Shown one piece after another: positions 22,189-32,853 of a stretch of DNA of 62,419 bases. The notes beneath the pieces were generated by a model that was not told the DNA's origin, made no database searches, and was given only the letters and a program-made list of their open reading frames with translations. A program made the translations under genes and the position numbers. Source of the DNA: Gammaproteobacteria bacterium (GTDB lineage: Bacteria; Pseudomonadota; Gammaproteobacteria; SZUA-140); NCBI GenBank assembly GCA_026981935.1, contig JALSIC010000056.1:1-62419 (forward strand), in the 5' to 3' direction. Within the stretch, counting starts at the first letter, position 1; each line of letters begins with the position of its first letter.

Positions 22189-23760
22189 ATGAAGCAGAGC
22201 ATACAACTCCGTCTTGGTCAGCATCTGACCATGACGCCCCAGCTGCAGCAGGCCATCAGATTGCTGCAGCTTTCCACCCTCGATCTGCGCCAGGAAATCC
22301 AGCAGGTGCTGGAGAGCAATCCCATGCTGGAGCTGGCCGAGGATGAGATCTCCGCGGAAGGGGCAGCGGAAGACGAGCGTCTCGACGAATCCCTGTCAGA
22401 GGCGTCCCGGCAGGAATCCCCGGACGAAACCCTGGACGAATCCCGCACCGGCGAGACCGCGCCCGCGGGCGAGGCAGAAGAGGCCGATCCCCTGGCGCAG
22501 GAACTGGGTGCCCAGGAGCTGGGCGACCCCATGTCCACCCTGGAGATGACGGCCGACCCCGACGAGCTGCCCGTGGACAGTGCCTGGGAGGACGTCTACG
22601 ACAATATTGCCCTGCCTGCTTTTTCCGGCGCGGCGGAGGAAGGGCGCGAATTCGAGAATCCCGACAGTTCGCCGGAGAGCCTGCGCGAGCATCTGCTCTG
22701 GCAGATGCGTCTCACGCCCCTCAGTGACAAGGACCGGGTGATCGCCATGGCGATCATCGATGCCGTCAACGACCGGGGTTATCTCAGCGTGGGGCTGGAG
22801 GAGATCCACGAGTCCTTGCGCGAGGAACTGGACATCGAGCTCGACGAAGTGGAGGCGGTGCTGCACCAGGTCCAGAACTTCGATCCGGTGGGCGTGGCCG
22901 CCCGCGACCTGCGGGAGTGCATGCTGATCCAGCTCCAGCATTTCGATCCGGCCACGCCCTGGCTGGCGCAGGCCAGGCGCCTCGTGGACGAGCACCTCGA
23001 TCTGATGGCCGCGCGTGATTTCAACCAGCTTCAGCGCAGCATGAAATGCAGCCAGGAGGAGCTGAAAAAGATCATCGAGCTGATCCAGTCGCTCAATCCC
23101 CACCCCGGCAATCTCGTTACCGATCGCAAGACCGAATACATCATTCCCGATGTCATGGTGAGGAAGGAGAAGGGCGCCTGGAAGGTGGAGCTCAATCCCG
23201 ATGCCGTTCCCCGGGTGCGCATCAATCCCGGCTATGCGGGCCTGGTGCGACGTGCCGACAACAGTTCGGACAACGTCTATCTGCGCAATCACCTGCAGGA
23301 GGCGCGCTGGTTCATCAAGAGCCTGCAGAGCCGCAATGAGACCCTGCTCAAGGTGGCGACCTGCATCGTCGAACGTCAGCGCGATTTTCTCGAACACGGG
23401 GAGGAGGCCATGAAACCGCTGGTGCTGCACGACGTGGCCGAAGCCGTCAACATGCACGAGTCCACCATTTCCCGCGTGACCACCGAGAAGTACATGCATA
23501 CGCCCCGTGGCATTTTCGAACTCAAGTATTTCTTTTCCAGCCATGTCAGCACCGCCAGCGGCGGCGAGTGCTCGGCCACGGCGATCCGCGCCCTCATCCG
23601 GAAAATGGTGGCCGCGGAAGATGCCCGCAAGCCCCTCAGTGACAGCCGCATCGCCCAGCTCCTGGCAGAGAAGGGGATCAACGTCGCGCGCCGGACCATC
23701 GCCAAGTACCGGGAGTCCATGGGGATTCCCTCATCCAGCGAGCGCAAGCGCCTGGTCTGA
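22189..23760 (+). CDS. rpoN: RNA polymerase sigma-54 factor
   Basis: [24 protein letters not shown], RpoN box [10 protein letters not shown]. Confidence 0.98.
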   Translation: MKQSIQLRLGQHLTMTPQLQQAIRLLQLSTLDLRQEIQQVLESNPMLELAEDEISAEGAAEDERLDESLSEASRQESPDETLDESRTGETAPAGEAEEADPLAQELGAQELGDPMSTLEMTADPDELPVDSAWEDVYDNIALPAFSGAAEEGREFENPDSSPESLREHLLWQMRLTPLSDKDRVIAMAIIDAVNDRGYLSVGLEEIHESLREELDIELDEVEAVLHQVQNFDPVGVAARDLRECMLIQLQHFDPATPWLAQARRLVDEHLDLMAARDFNQLQRSMKCSQEELKKIIELIQSLNPHPGNLVTDRKTEYIIPDVMVRKEKGAWKVELNPDAVPRVRINPGYAGLVRRADNSSDNVYLRNHLQEARWFIKSLQSRNETLLKVATCIVERQRDFLEHGEEAMKPLVLHDVAEAVNMHESTISRVTTEKYMHTPRGIFELKYFFSSHVSTASGGECSATAIRALIRKMVAAEDARKPLSDSRIAQLLAEKGINVARRTIAKYRESMGIPSSSERKRLV

Positions 23761-23782
23761 TAAATCATTAAAGAGGTCTGCT

Positions 23783-24088
23783 ATGGAAATCGATCTTTCT
23801 GGTCATCATGTTGAAATCACACCCGCCTTGCGGGATTATGTGCTCGGCAAGTTTGAGCGTATCCGGCGCCACTTCGACAATATGGTGAATGCCCGGGTGG
23901 TGCTGGGGGTGGAGAAGGCGGTGCAGAAGGCGGAGGCCACCATCCATGTCCGCGGCAGCGACCTGCATGCCAATGCGGAGGCGGAGAGCATGTATGCCGC
24001 CATCGACGCCCTCATGGACAAGCTCGACCGTCAGGTCAAGAAATACAAGGAAAAACATACCGACTATCACCGCATGAACAATTCGTGA
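23783..24088 (+). CDS. hpf: Ribosome hibernation promoting factor
   Basis: MEIDLSGHHVEITPALRDYV, MYAAIDALMDKLDRQVKKYKEK; GAGG RBS. Confidence 0.95.
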   Translation: MEIDLSGHHVEITPALRDYVLGKFERIRRHFDNMVNARVVLGVEKAVQKAEATIHVRGSDLHANAEAESMYAAIDALMDKLDRQVKKYKEKHTDYHRMNNS

Positions 24089-24149
24089 GCGGGGCGCCTT
24101 TTCGGCGCAGCTGCTGGCCCGCAATTCTTTCCAGGGGCGAAGCGAAAAT

Positions 24150-24641
24150 ATGGAATTGACACAGTTTCTGACGGAAAACCGGGTGGCCTGCGTCAGCCAC
24201 GCCACCAGCAAGAAACGGGCGCTGGAATTGCTGAGCGAACTGCTGGTTGCCGATGTGACGGGGGTGAGCCAGGGCGAGGTGTTCGACAGCCTGTGTGAGC
24301 GCGAGCGCCTTGGCGGCACCGGGCTGGGCCAGGGGGTCGCCATACCCCATGGCCGGCTCGGAGGACTCGACCGGGCGGTCTGCGCCTTTCTCAAATTGCG
24401 TACCGGCGTCGATTACGACGCCATGGACGGTCGGCCGGTGGATCTCATCTGCGGTCTCCTGGTGCCCAGGGAGTCCACCCAGGAGCATCTGGAGATACTG
24501 GCCGCCCTGGCGGAGATGTTCAGCGACGAGACCTTCTGTGCCCGTATGCGCGCCGCCGGCACTCCCCACGAACTCTACCGGCTGCTGGTTTCCTGGCAGC
24601 CGCCCCAACCCCTCCCTGCTGGACGTGTGGCCGGCACTTAG
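24150..24641 (+). CDS. ptsN: PTS EIIA-Ntr
   Basis: SKKRALE, RERLGGTGLGQGVAIPHGR, DGRPVDL. Confidence 0.93.
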   Translation: MELTQFLTENRVACVSHATSKKRALELLSELLVADVTGVSQGEVFDSLCERERLGGTGLGQGVAIPHGRLGGLDRAVCAFLKLRTGVDYDAMDGRPVDLICGLLVPRESTQEHLEILAALAEMFSDETFCARMRAAGTPHELYRLLVSWQPPQPLPAGRVAGT

Positions 24642-24701
24642 CGACCGGGGCGCATTGGCAGGGCGACCACCGTCCCCGGAAACGCAACGCTGAATCCTGC
24701 C

Positions 24702-25667
24702 GTGGACAGCCGGCTGACAGCCCGTACCCTGTTCGAAGTCCACCGGGACAAGCTGGGGTTGCGCTGGGTGGCCGGGCGGCAGGGTGAACAGCGTCCTGTC
24801 CAGCTGCCGTTGCCGGCGCAGGACGCGGAGGGCGCGCCCTTCGGGGCCTGGGTGGGACATCTCAACCTCATCCATCCCAACCGGATCCAGGTGCTGGGCA
24901 CGGCAGAACTGCGTTACCTGGACGGCCTGGGCAAGAACTCCCACGCCGACGCCATCAAGCAGCTCTTTGCCAGCGCGCCCGCGGCCGTGGTCGTTGCCGA
25001 CGGAGAGGCCGTCAGCGAAGAGCTGGAAGAGACAGCCGAACGCACGGCGACGCCCTTGTTTGCCACGCCGCTGCCCTCCCACAAGATCATCAGTCACCTG
25101 CATTACCAGATCAGCAACGACCTGGCCGACAAGATCATCCTCCATGGCGTGTTCATGGAGATCCTGGGCATGGGGGTGCTGCTCACGGGCGAGAGCGGCA
25201 TTGGCAAGAGTGAACTGGCCCTGGAACTCATCACCCGCGGCCACCGCCTCATTGCCGACGATGCACCGGAATTCTCGCGCACGGCACCGGACAGGCTCAC
25301 GGGACGCTGTCCTTCTGCATTGCAGGAGTTCCTCGAAGTCCGCGGTCTCGGGGTGCTGAATATCCGGGCCATGTTCGGCGACAGCGCCATCAAGCCCAGC
25401 AACGACCTGCGGCTCATCATCCATCTGCAGCGCATGGACGACGATGCGTTGCGCCGCATCGACCGCCTCCAGGGGAGTCGCCAGACGCGCACCATCCTCG
25501 ACGTGGAGGTGCCCCAGGTAACGCTGCCGGTGGCGCCGGGGCACAATCTGGCGGTACTGGCCGAGGGCGCGGCCCGGAATCATATCCTGGCGCTGAGCGG
25601 CTATGATGCCGCGGAGGAGTTCATGGCGCGTCAGCGCCGCCTCATGATGGAGGAAGGCGGGGAATGA
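24702..25667 (+). CDS. hprK: HPr kinase/phosphorylase
   Basis: GESGIGKSELALEL, RLIADD, EVRGLGVLNI. Confidence 0.95.
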   Translation: MDSRLTARTLFEVHRDKLGLRWVAGRQGEQRPVQLPLPAQDAEGAPFGAWVGHLNLIHPNRIQVLGTAELRYLDGLGKNSHADAIKQLFASAPAAVVVADGEAVSEELEETAERTATPLFATPLPSHKIISHLHYQISNDLADKIILHGVFMEILGMGVLLTGESGIGKSELALELITRGHRLIADDAPEFSRTAPDRLTGRCPSALQEFLEVRGLGVLNIRAMFGDSAIKPSNDLRLIIHLQRMDDDALRRIDRLQGSRQTRTILDVEVPQVTLPVAPGHNLAVLAEGAARNHILALSGYDAAEEFMARQRRLMMEEGGE

Positions 25668-26527
25668 AGCTCCATATCATCAGCGGCCTGTCCGGCGCCG
25701 GCAAGAGTATCGCACTCCAGGCCCTGGAGGATCTGGATTACTATTGCGTGGACAACCTGCCGCTGGCACTGCTGCCGGAATTTGCCCGGCAGATGCTGGC
25801 GGGCAGTGGCCCCCGTCCCGAGGCCATTGCCGTGGGCATCGATGCCCGCACGCTGAGCGACGACCTGGATCACTTCGAGGATGCCCTCTCGGCTTTGCGC
25901 GGCCTGGGGGTGACGTACGAGATCGTCTATCTGGAGGCCGGCGAGGAGGTGTTGCTGCAGCGTTTCAGCGAGACCCGCCGCAAGCATCCCCTCACCGACA
26001 GCCATACGCCGCTCATCGACGCCATCCGCCAGGAAAGGCGCCTGCTGGAGGCGGTGTCCGCGGTGGCCGACCTGCGCCTCGATACCAGCCACAGTACCGT
26101 GCATCAGCTGCGTGACCTCATCGACCGCCGCGTCGCGCGCAAGGAATCGTCGCAGATGTCGATAATGTTTTTGTCTTTCGGCTATAAGTACGGGGTGCCG
26201 GTGGACGTGGACTATCTCTTCGATGTCCGCTGCCTGCCCAATCCCCACTGGGATCCCCGCTTGCGCCTCCACGACGGACGCCATCCGGCGGTGATCGCCT
26301 TTCTGGAGCAACAGGAGGACGTGGGGCGGATGTATGAGGACATCAAGTCTTTTCTGCAGCACTGGCTGCCCCGTTTCGCCGCTGAGCGACGCAGCTATCT
26401 GACCATCGGGGTGGGCTGCACGGGCGGGCAGCATCGCTCCGTGTATCTGGTGGAACGGCTGGCGGCCCATTTTCGTCAATGCGGAGAGCACATCCAGCTG
26501 CGCCACCGGGACGCGGGCGGAGCATGA
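25664..26527 (+). CDS. rapZ: RapZ/YhbJ P-loop protein
   Basis: SGLSGAGKS, VDNLP, RFSETRRKHPL, SFGYKYG, GCTGGQHRSV. Confidence 0.95.
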   Translation: MKLHIISGLSGAGKSIALQALEDLDYYCVDNLPLALLPEFARQMLAGSGPRPEAIAVGIDARTLSDDLDHFEDALSALRGLGVTYEIVYLEAGEEVLLQRFSETRRKHPLTDSHTPLIDAIRQERRLLEAVSAVADLRLDTSHSTVHQLRDLIDRRVARKESSQMSIMFLSFGYKYGVPVDVDYLFDVRCLPNPHWDPRLRLHDGRHPAVIAFLEQQEDVGRMYEDIKSFLQHWLPRFAAERRSYLTIGVGCTGGQHRSVYLVERLAAHFRQCGEHIQLRHRDAGGA

Positions 26528-26542
26528 GGAGCGGGCCGTGAT

Positions 26543-26953
26543 ATGAAAACCGGCCTGTTGATCATTACCCACAACCGCATCGGCGCCGAACTGCTGGCGA
26601 CCGCCACCGCCATGCTGGGCCAGTGCCCTCTGCCGGCCCGGGTGCTGCCGGTGACCACGGCCTGCGATCCGGAGACCCTGCAGCGGGATGCGGAGGCCCT
26701 CATCGCTGAACTGGAAGCAGGCCGTGGTGTGATCGTCCTCACCGACATGTACGGTTCCACGCCGGCCAATGTCGCACGCCGCCTGCAGCAGGCGCACGGC
26801 GAAGTGGATGTGGTGACCGGCGTCAATCTTCCCATGCTGGTGCGCCTGCTCAATTATCCCGAACTCGACCGCCATGGCCTGCTGGAAAAAGCCATCAGCG
26901 GTGGCCAGGACGGGATTTTCATCTGCCACGACGGCGAAGACGGTGATTCGTAA
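26543..26953 (+). CDS. PTS EIIA, mannose/fructose type
   Basis: LLIITHNRIG, LTDMYGSTPAN, TGVNLPMLVR. Confidence 0.92.
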   Translation: MKTGLLIITHNRIGAELLATATAMLGQCPLPARVLPVTTACDPETLQRDAEALIAELEAGRGVIVLTDMYGSTPANVARRLQQAHGEVDVVTGVNLPMLVRLLNYPELDRHGLLEKAISGGQDGIFICHDGEDGDS

Positions 26954-27212
26954 GGAGATTACCATCGTCAACAAACTGGGGCTGCATGCCCGCGCGGCTG
27001 CCAAGCTGGTGACGCTGGCATCCGAGTTCCGCAGCGACATCCAGCTGGTCCGCGGCAGGAAGGTCGTCAACGGCAAGAGCATCATGGGGGTGATGATGCT
27101 TGCCGCAGCGCAGGGCACCACCGTGGAGATCGTCGCCTGCGGGCCGGACGAGGCGGACGCGGTGGAGCGTCTGGCGGAACTCATTGGCCAGCGTTTCGGT
27201 GAGGAAGCCTGA
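26943..27212 (+). CDS. ptsH: HPr family phosphocarrier
   Basis: GTG start 26943; NKLGLHARAAAK (His15) and NGKSIMGVMML (Ser46). Confidence 0.93.
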   Translation: MIRKEITIVNKLGLHARAAAKLVTLASEFRSDIQLVRGRKVVNGKSIMGVMMLAAAQGTTVEIVACGPDEADAVERLAELIGQRFGEEA

Positions 27213-27363
27213 CCCTGCTTGCCGGCCAGCTTATTCCTGGCCCTCACCTGTTCGGTTCGTGCCTCATTCTGCGCCGGCGCCCGTCGCCTGATACAATGAT
27301 CCACCAGGGTATTTCGACCGGACTGTTCGTCAAGCGCGCACCTGCGAGGGGGGGAGCGTCCCT

Positions 27364-29103
27364 ATGGGGCTGGTACTCAGCGGCATCAGTGTGTCCCGCG
27401 GCGTGGCCATCGGCAAGGCCCACCTGCTGCAGCATGATTTTCCCGAGGTCGGCGAATACACGGTACCCAAGCCGCTGCTCACGGAGGAGATCACGCGTTT
27501 CCGGCTCGCTGTCAAGAAGGCCCGTCAGCAGCTCAAGGCGATCCGCCAGCGCATCCCCGCCCACACCCCTGCCGATATCGCGGACTTCATCGATGCTCAC
27601 CTGCTGATGCTTGGTGACGCGGCGCTGGCCGAGGTGCCGGTGGCCATCATCAAGGAGCGGCGTTGCAATGCCGAGTGGGCATTGAAGCTGCAGCGCGATG
27701 CCCTGGTGGGTGTCTTCGAGGAGATGGACGACCCCTACCTGCGTACCCGCCAGGATGACGTCAATCATGTGGTGAACCGCATCCTGCGCAATCTTCTGTA
27801 TCAGGGCGGGCATCCCAAGGAGGCGGAGCCGCAGTTGAAGGGGCGCCTGGCCATCGCCGAGGATATTTCTCCCGCGGAAATGTTGATGATGCATTACCAG
27901 GGGGTGGCGGCCATCGCCAGCCAGTACGGGGGGGCCAATTCACACACCGCCATCCTGGCGCGCAGCCTGGGGGTGCCCGCGGTGGTGGGCGTGCCCCGCC
28001 TGCTGGACTATATCCGGCACGGTGAAGCGCTGGTGATCGACGGGCGCCAGGGCGTGGTGCTGGCGGGGCCGGACCCTGCCGAGCTGGAATATTTCCGCCG
28101 CCGACAGCGGGAGGAGAGGCGCCATCTGACGGCACTGCGCAAGATCCGCGAACTGCCGGCGGTGTCCCGCGATGGCCATGCAGTGCAACTGCTCGCCAAC
28201 GTGGAGATCCCCGAGGATATTCCTGCGACCCGCCGGGCGGCGGCCGCGGGAATCGGGCTCTATCGCACGGAGATGCTGTTCATCAACCGTGATCAGCCCC
28301 CTGACGAGGAAGAGCAGTATCGGGTGTATCGCAAGATCGTGCGTGCCATGAAGGGGCGCCCCGTGACGATACGGACCCTGGACCTGGGCGCCGACAAGAC
28401 GCCGGGGCTTGCCGAACGGCGTCCCGCCGCGGCCAACAACCCTGCCATGGGGCTGCGGGCCATCCGCTGCTGCCTGCGTGAACCGGAACTGTTCTGTGCC
28501 CAGATTCGCGCCATCCTGCGGGCATCCGCCCTGGGACCGGTGCGCATGATGATTCCCATGCTCTCCACCGTCCAAGAGCTGCAGCAGGTGCTGCGCCTGG
28601 TGGAAGAGGAAAAGCAGCACTTGCGCCGGCGTCGCCAGCGTTTCGACGAGAATCTCCCGGTAGGCGGCATGATCGAGGTCCCGGCCGCCGCCGTGGCGGC
28701 ACCGGCCTTTGCCCGGCGGCTCGACTTTCTATCCATCGGCACCAATGACCTGATCCAGTACACGCTCGCGGTGGATCGCCTCGACGAGCAGGTGAATTAT
28801 CTCTACGATCCGCTGCATCCCGCCATTCTGAAACTGATCCAGCTCGTCATCGGCGCCGGCCGGCGTGCGGGCATACCCGTGGCCATGTGCGGCGAGATGG
28901 CTGGTGATACCCGTTACACGCGCCTGCTGCTGGGCATGGGGCTGCGGGAATTCAGCATGTACCCGGCCACCCTGCTGGAGGTCAAGCGCATCGTCATCGA
29001 CGCCGAGATAGGCCGCCTCAGCCGGACCGTGAAGCGTATCCTGCGTGCCGAGAGCCGGGAAGAGATCCTGACGCTGGTGGAGAAACTCAATCATCTGGAG
29101 TAG
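27364..29103 (+). CDS. ptsI: PTS enzyme I (no GAF domain)
   Basis: GGANSHTAILARS, GLYRTE, SIGTNDLIQY, MCGEMAG; 579 aa. Confidence 0.95.
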   Translation: MGLVLSGISVSRGVAIGKAHLLQHDFPEVGEYTVPKPLLTEEITRFRLAVKKARQQLKAIRQRIPAHTPADIADFIDAHLLMLGDAALAEVPVAIIKERRCNAEWALKLQRDALVGVFEEMDDPYLRTRQDDVNHVVNRILRNLLYQGGHPKEAEPQLKGRLAIAEDISPAEMLMMHYQGVAAIASQYGGANSHTAILARSLGVPAVVGVPRLLDYIRHGEALVIDGRQGVVLAGPDPAELEYFRRRQREERRHLTALRKIRELPAVSRDGHAVQLLANVEIPEDIPATRRAAAAGIGLYRTEMLFINRDQPPDEEEQYRVYRKIVRAMKGRPVTIRTLDLGADKTPGLAERRPAAANNPAMGLRAIRCCLREPELFCAQIRAILRASALGPVRMMIPMLSTVQELQQVLRLVEEEKQHLRRRRQRFDENLPVGGMIEVPAAAVAAPAFARRLDFLSIGTNDLIQYTLAVDRLDEQVNYLYDPLHPAILKLIQLVIGAGRRAGIPVAMCGEMAGDTRYTRLLLGMGLREFSMYPATLLEVKRIVIDAEIGRLSRTVKRILRAESREEILTLVEKLNHLE

Positions 29104-29247
29104 GTAAAGCGTCTGCTGTTCACTGTCAGTTAGGCTGCCGGTCTCCTGACGGCCACGCAAGCGGATGGCTTTGCGGTTTCCTTTCCTCTGCGCTTTTGCA
29201 TACACTTCTACCCTTTCAGCAAGTATTCCAGCAGGACACCTCCCGCC

Positions 29248-30606
29248 ATGCAGAGCATCGCCGACCAGGAAAAGCATCAGAGACGACTGCGCACTTTCAC
29301 CCGCGCCCTGGAGAGCGGAACGCTCGCCAGCGTGCGCAAGATGCTCAACGCCCTGCAGCCGGCCGAGATCGCCCATTTGCTGGAGTCCCTGCCGCCCCGC
29401 GAGCGCGAACTGCTCTGGGAACTGGTGGACGAGAAGGTCGGCGGCGATGTCCTGCTCTATGTCAACGACGAATTGCGCGCCAGCCTCATCCGGGAGATGG
29501 AACCCGAGGAGCTGGTGGCCGCCGCCGAGGGACTGGAAACCGACGACCTGGCGGACTTTCTGCACGACCTGCCGGACGTCGTGATCCAGGAGGTCCTGCA
29601 GTCCATGGACGAGCAGGACCGCCAGCGCCTGGAGTCGGTGCTTTCCTACCCGGAGGACACCGCCGGCGGTCTGATGAACACCGACACCATCACGGTGCGT
29701 CCCGATGTCACCCTCGACGTGGTGTTGCGGTATCTGCGCCTGCGCGGGGAACTGCCGCCCATGACCGATACGCTGTTCGTGGTGGACCGGGAGGATCACT
29801 ACCTGGGCAACCTGCCCCTCACTGCGCTGCTGACCCGGCCGCCGAGCCTCACCGTCGCCGAGGTCATGACCACGGGGGCGGAGACCATCACCGCCACCCT
29901 GTCCGCCAGCGAGGTGGCCAGCCTGTTCGAGCATCACGACCTGGTGTCGGCGCCGGTGGTGGACGAGGAAGGCAGGCTGCTGGGGCGTATCACCATCGAC
30001 GACGTGGTGGACGTGATCCGCGACGAGGGGGAGCATTCCCTGCTGAGCATGACCGGGCTGGACGAAGAAGAGGACATGTTCGCGCCCGTCACCGTCAGCG
30101 CCCGTCACCGCGGGGTGTGGCTGGGCATCAACCTCCTGACGGCCTTCATCGCCTCGTGGGTCATCGGTCTCTTCCAGGACACCATCGACAAGGTGGTGGC
30201 CCTGGCGGTGCTCATGCCCATCGTCGCCAGCATGGGCGGCATCGCCGGCAGCCAGACCCTGACCCTGGTGATTCGCGGCATTGCCGTGGGCAAGATCGGC
30301 GACAGCAACGCCCGCAAGCTGCTCTACAAGGAACTGGCGGTGGGACTGCTCAACGGCGTGGCCTGGTCGCTGGTGGTGGCGGCCATCACCATGCTCTGGT
30401 TCGGTGATTACCGCATTGCCGGGGTGATCGCCGTGGCCATTGTCGTCAACCTGGTCTTCGCCGCCCTGGCAGGGGCTACCATTCCCATGCTCCTGCGCAA
30501 GCTGGGCGCCGATCCTGCGCTGGGCGGGAGCGTGCTGCTCACCACCGTGACCGACGTGGTGGGTTTCATGGCCTTTCTCGGTCTTGCCTCTTTTTTCCTC
30601 TTGTAG
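29248..30606 (+). CDS. mgtE: Magnesium transporter MgtE
   Basis: YPEDTAGGLM, CBS pair, PIVASMGGIAGSQ, DPALGGSVLLTTVTDVVG. Confidence 0.96.
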   Translation: MQSIADQEKHQRRLRTFTRALESGTLASVRKMLNALQPAEIAHLLESLPPRERELLWELVDEKVGGDVLLYVNDELRASLIREMEPEELVAAAEGLETDDLADFLHDLPDVVIQEVLQSMDEQDRQRLESVLSYPEDTAGGLMNTDTITVRPDVTLDVVLRYLRLRGELPPMTDTLFVVDREDHYLGNLPLTALLTRPPSLTVAEVMTTGAETITATLSASEVASLFEHHDLVSAPVVDEEGRLLGRITIDDVVDVIRDEGEHSLLSMTGLDEEEDMFAPVTVSARHRGVWLGINLLTAFIASWVIGLFQDTIDKVVALAVLMPIVASMGGIAGSQTLTLVIRGIAVGKIGDSNARKLLYKELAVGLLNGVAWSLVVAAITMLWFGDYRIAGVIAVAIVVNLVFAALAGATIPMLLRKLGADPALGGSVLLTTVTDVVGFMAFLGLASFFLL

Positions 30607-32605
30607 CGGTTCCTGCAGCGGCTCCGGACGAGCGGGTGAGCAGCAGGTTGCCCGTCTCGTCCACCGTGCAGCGCCAGCCCGGGGCGATGTAGGTGGTGGC
30701 CACCTGTTCGGTGACCAGGGCCGGCCCGGTGATGCATTGGCCGGCGCCCAGTTCCTCCCGGCGCCAGACCGGTGCCGCCCTGTCGCTGACATGGTCGGTG
30801 CCGTGGAGGTGTACACTGCCCACCGGTGTTGCGGCGGTTTTTGGGGGTGTGACGGGCAGGGAGAGCGCGGGGGTGGGGCCGTGCAGTGTGACCCGCAGGT
30901 TGACCAGTTCCACGGGGAGATCGAGGCGGTGGCCGTAGCGTCGTTCGTGGCGGTGGTGGAAATGCTCCGCCGCCGTCCGGGGATCCGTCCAGGGAACGCC
31001 GAGTGTGAAAGTCTGGCCGGCATAGCGCAGATCGACGCTGCGCCGGGAAGCGATGGCCCCGACAGGCACACCCTCCTTCGCCAGATCCGTCCTGCCCTGC
31101 GATTCCAGGGCCTGGAAATGGTGTTCCAGTGTCTCTGCCGGAAAGGATGCCAGGATGCCGGCGCAGGTGCGCGACAGCTGGCGTTCCCTGGGTGCTGCCA
31201 GCATGCCCAGCGCGGAGAGCACGCCGCCGTGGATCGGGACCAGGGCGGTGGGCATGTCCAATGCTTCCGCCAGGGCGCAGACATGCAGCCCTCCGGCCCC
31301 CCCGAAGGACACCAGGGTGAAATCGCGGGGATCGTGGCCGCGCTGGACCGAGATCACCCGCAGGGCATTGGCCATGTGCTGGTTGGCGAGATCGATGACA
31401 CCCTGCGCGGCGCTTTCCACGCTCATGCCCAGGGGGTCGGCAATGCGCTGCAGGGCCTGGCGGGCAGCGGCCGTGTCCAGTGGCATCTGCCCGCCGAGAA
31501 AATCGTCTGGGCGCAGTCTGCCCAGTACCAGGTTGGCGTCCGTTACGGTGGGCTGCCTGCCGCCGCGGCCATAGCAGGCCGGCCCGGGGTCGGCCCCTGC
31601 CGACTGGGGCCCCACCTGGAGCATGCCGCCTGCATCCAGCGAGGCGATGGAGCCGCCGCCGGCGCCGATGGTATGCATGTCCACCATGGGTATGGCCACG
31701 GGCCAGGGACCGATGTGTCCCTCAGTGGTGAGCTGCAGTTCGCCGTCGATGAGGGCGACGTCGGTGGAGGTGCCGCCCATGTCGAAGGTCATGAGGCGCC
31801 GCCGGCCCGAGGCGGCCGCAACGAAGCGGGCGCCTGCAAGGCCGCCTGCCGGTCCCGAAAGCAGCATGTGTACTGCCTGGCGGCCCGCCTCGGCGGCGGC
31901 CATGGTGCCGCCGCTGCTCTGCATCACGGCAAGGCGGCTGTCCTGCAGGGCGGCAGACAGGCGTGCCAGATAATCTGCCACGATGGGTCCCACCCAGGCA
32001 TTGAGCCAGGTGGCGATGCCCCGTTCGTATTCCTTGTATTCGGGCAGCACCACGGAGGAGCGGGAGACGAACAGGCCTGCCGGCAGGGCCTGCTCGATGG
32101 CGCGCTCAAAACGGTCGTCGAGAAAGGAGAAGAGCAGGTTGATGGCGACGGCGCGGGGGACCAGGTGTTTCACCGTATCGTGGAGGCGGCGCAGTTCCGC
32201 CTCGCCCAGATCCTCGACAACCTCGCCCCGGCTGCCCAGACGTCCCCCTGTTTCCAGGCACAGCGCTTCGGGGACCGGCGGCGCGACGGGGGGCGGTTGC
32301 AGGTCGTAGAGCCGGGCGCGAGCCTGGCGGCCGATGGTGAGCAGGTCGCCGAGGCCGCGATTGGTGATGAAGACGGTACGCACACCCTTGCCTTCAAGGG
32401 CCGCGTTGGTGGCCACGGTGGAGCCATGGACCACGTCCAGGCTGGCGGGGTCCAGGCCCAGTTCCCGGATGCCCTGCAGGATGGCGCGTTCCGGCGCCTC
32501 CGGTGTGGAGAGGACCTTGTGGATGCGCAGGGCATGCCCGTCGTAGAGGACGAAATCGGTGAAGGTGCCGCCGGTATCGACGCCCAGCATGAGCGTATCG
32601 TTCAT
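30566..32605 (-). CDS. Hydantoinase/oxoprolinase subunit A family
   Basis: GVDTGGTFTD, HGSTVATNA, LSGPAGG, DMGGTSTD, IGAGGGS, GADPGPACYG; 3' end overlaps mgtE. Confidence 0.93.
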   Translation of the reverse strand: MNDTLMLGVDTGGTFTDFVLYDGHALRIHKVLSTPEAPERAILQGIRELGLDPASLDVVHGSTVATNAALEGKGVRTVFITNRGLGDLLTIGRQARARLYDLQPPPVAPPVPEALCLETGGRLGSRGEVVEDLGEAELRRLHDTVKHLVPRAVAINLLFSFLDDRFERAIEQALPAGLFVSRSSVVLPEYKEYERGIATWLNAWVGPIVADYLARLSAALQDSRLAVMQSSGGTMAAAEAGRQAVHMLLSGPAGGLAGARFVAAASGRRRLMTFDMGGTSTDVALIDGELQLTTEGHIGPWPVAIPMVDMHTIGAGGGSIASLDAGGMLQVGPQSAGADPGPACYGRGGRQPTVTDANLVLGRLRPDDFLGGQMPLDTAAARQALQRIADPLGMSVESAAQGVIDLANQHMANALRVISVQRGHDPRDFTLVSFGGAGGLHVCALAEALDMPTALVPIHGGVLSALGMLAAPRERQLSRTCAGILASFPAETLEHHFQALESQGRTDLAKEGVPVGAIASRRSVDLRYAGQTFTLGVPWTDPRTAAEHFHHRHERRYGHRLDLPVELVNLRVTLHGPTPALSLPVTPPKTAATPVGSVHLHGTDHVSDRAAPVWRREELGAGQCITGPALVTEQVATTYIAPGWRCTVDETGNLLLTRSSGAAAGTATRGKKRQDRERP

Positions 32606-32625
32606 GGGAGCAACCGGGGGACGTT

Positions 32626-32745
32626 CAGGCGTCCCGGCTCGGCGTTGCGACCCTTGGAAAGGGCCAGCCATTCCCTGCGGGCCGCGCCTTGATCCGGAAC
32701 GCCTGGGTCGCTCTGAGTGCCGCTTTACTATCGATTGTCTTAGTA
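32626..32745 (-). mobile_element. MITE family A, truncated half copy (one TIR + one module)
   Basis: Reverse complement of the left ~120 bp of copies 1/2, ending ...ACTATCGATTGTCTTAG-TA; lies in the divergent hydantoinase/mutM region. Confidence 0.85.
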
Positions 32746-32853
32746 TGGTGTCCGTGCATGATCATCTGTCGAGCGTGGAGTATGGAAAGAAAATGTTAGC
32801 AGCTTGGCCGTGTTTGTGCAGGGGGGCCGTTTTCGGGATCGCCCGGGGGGCGC

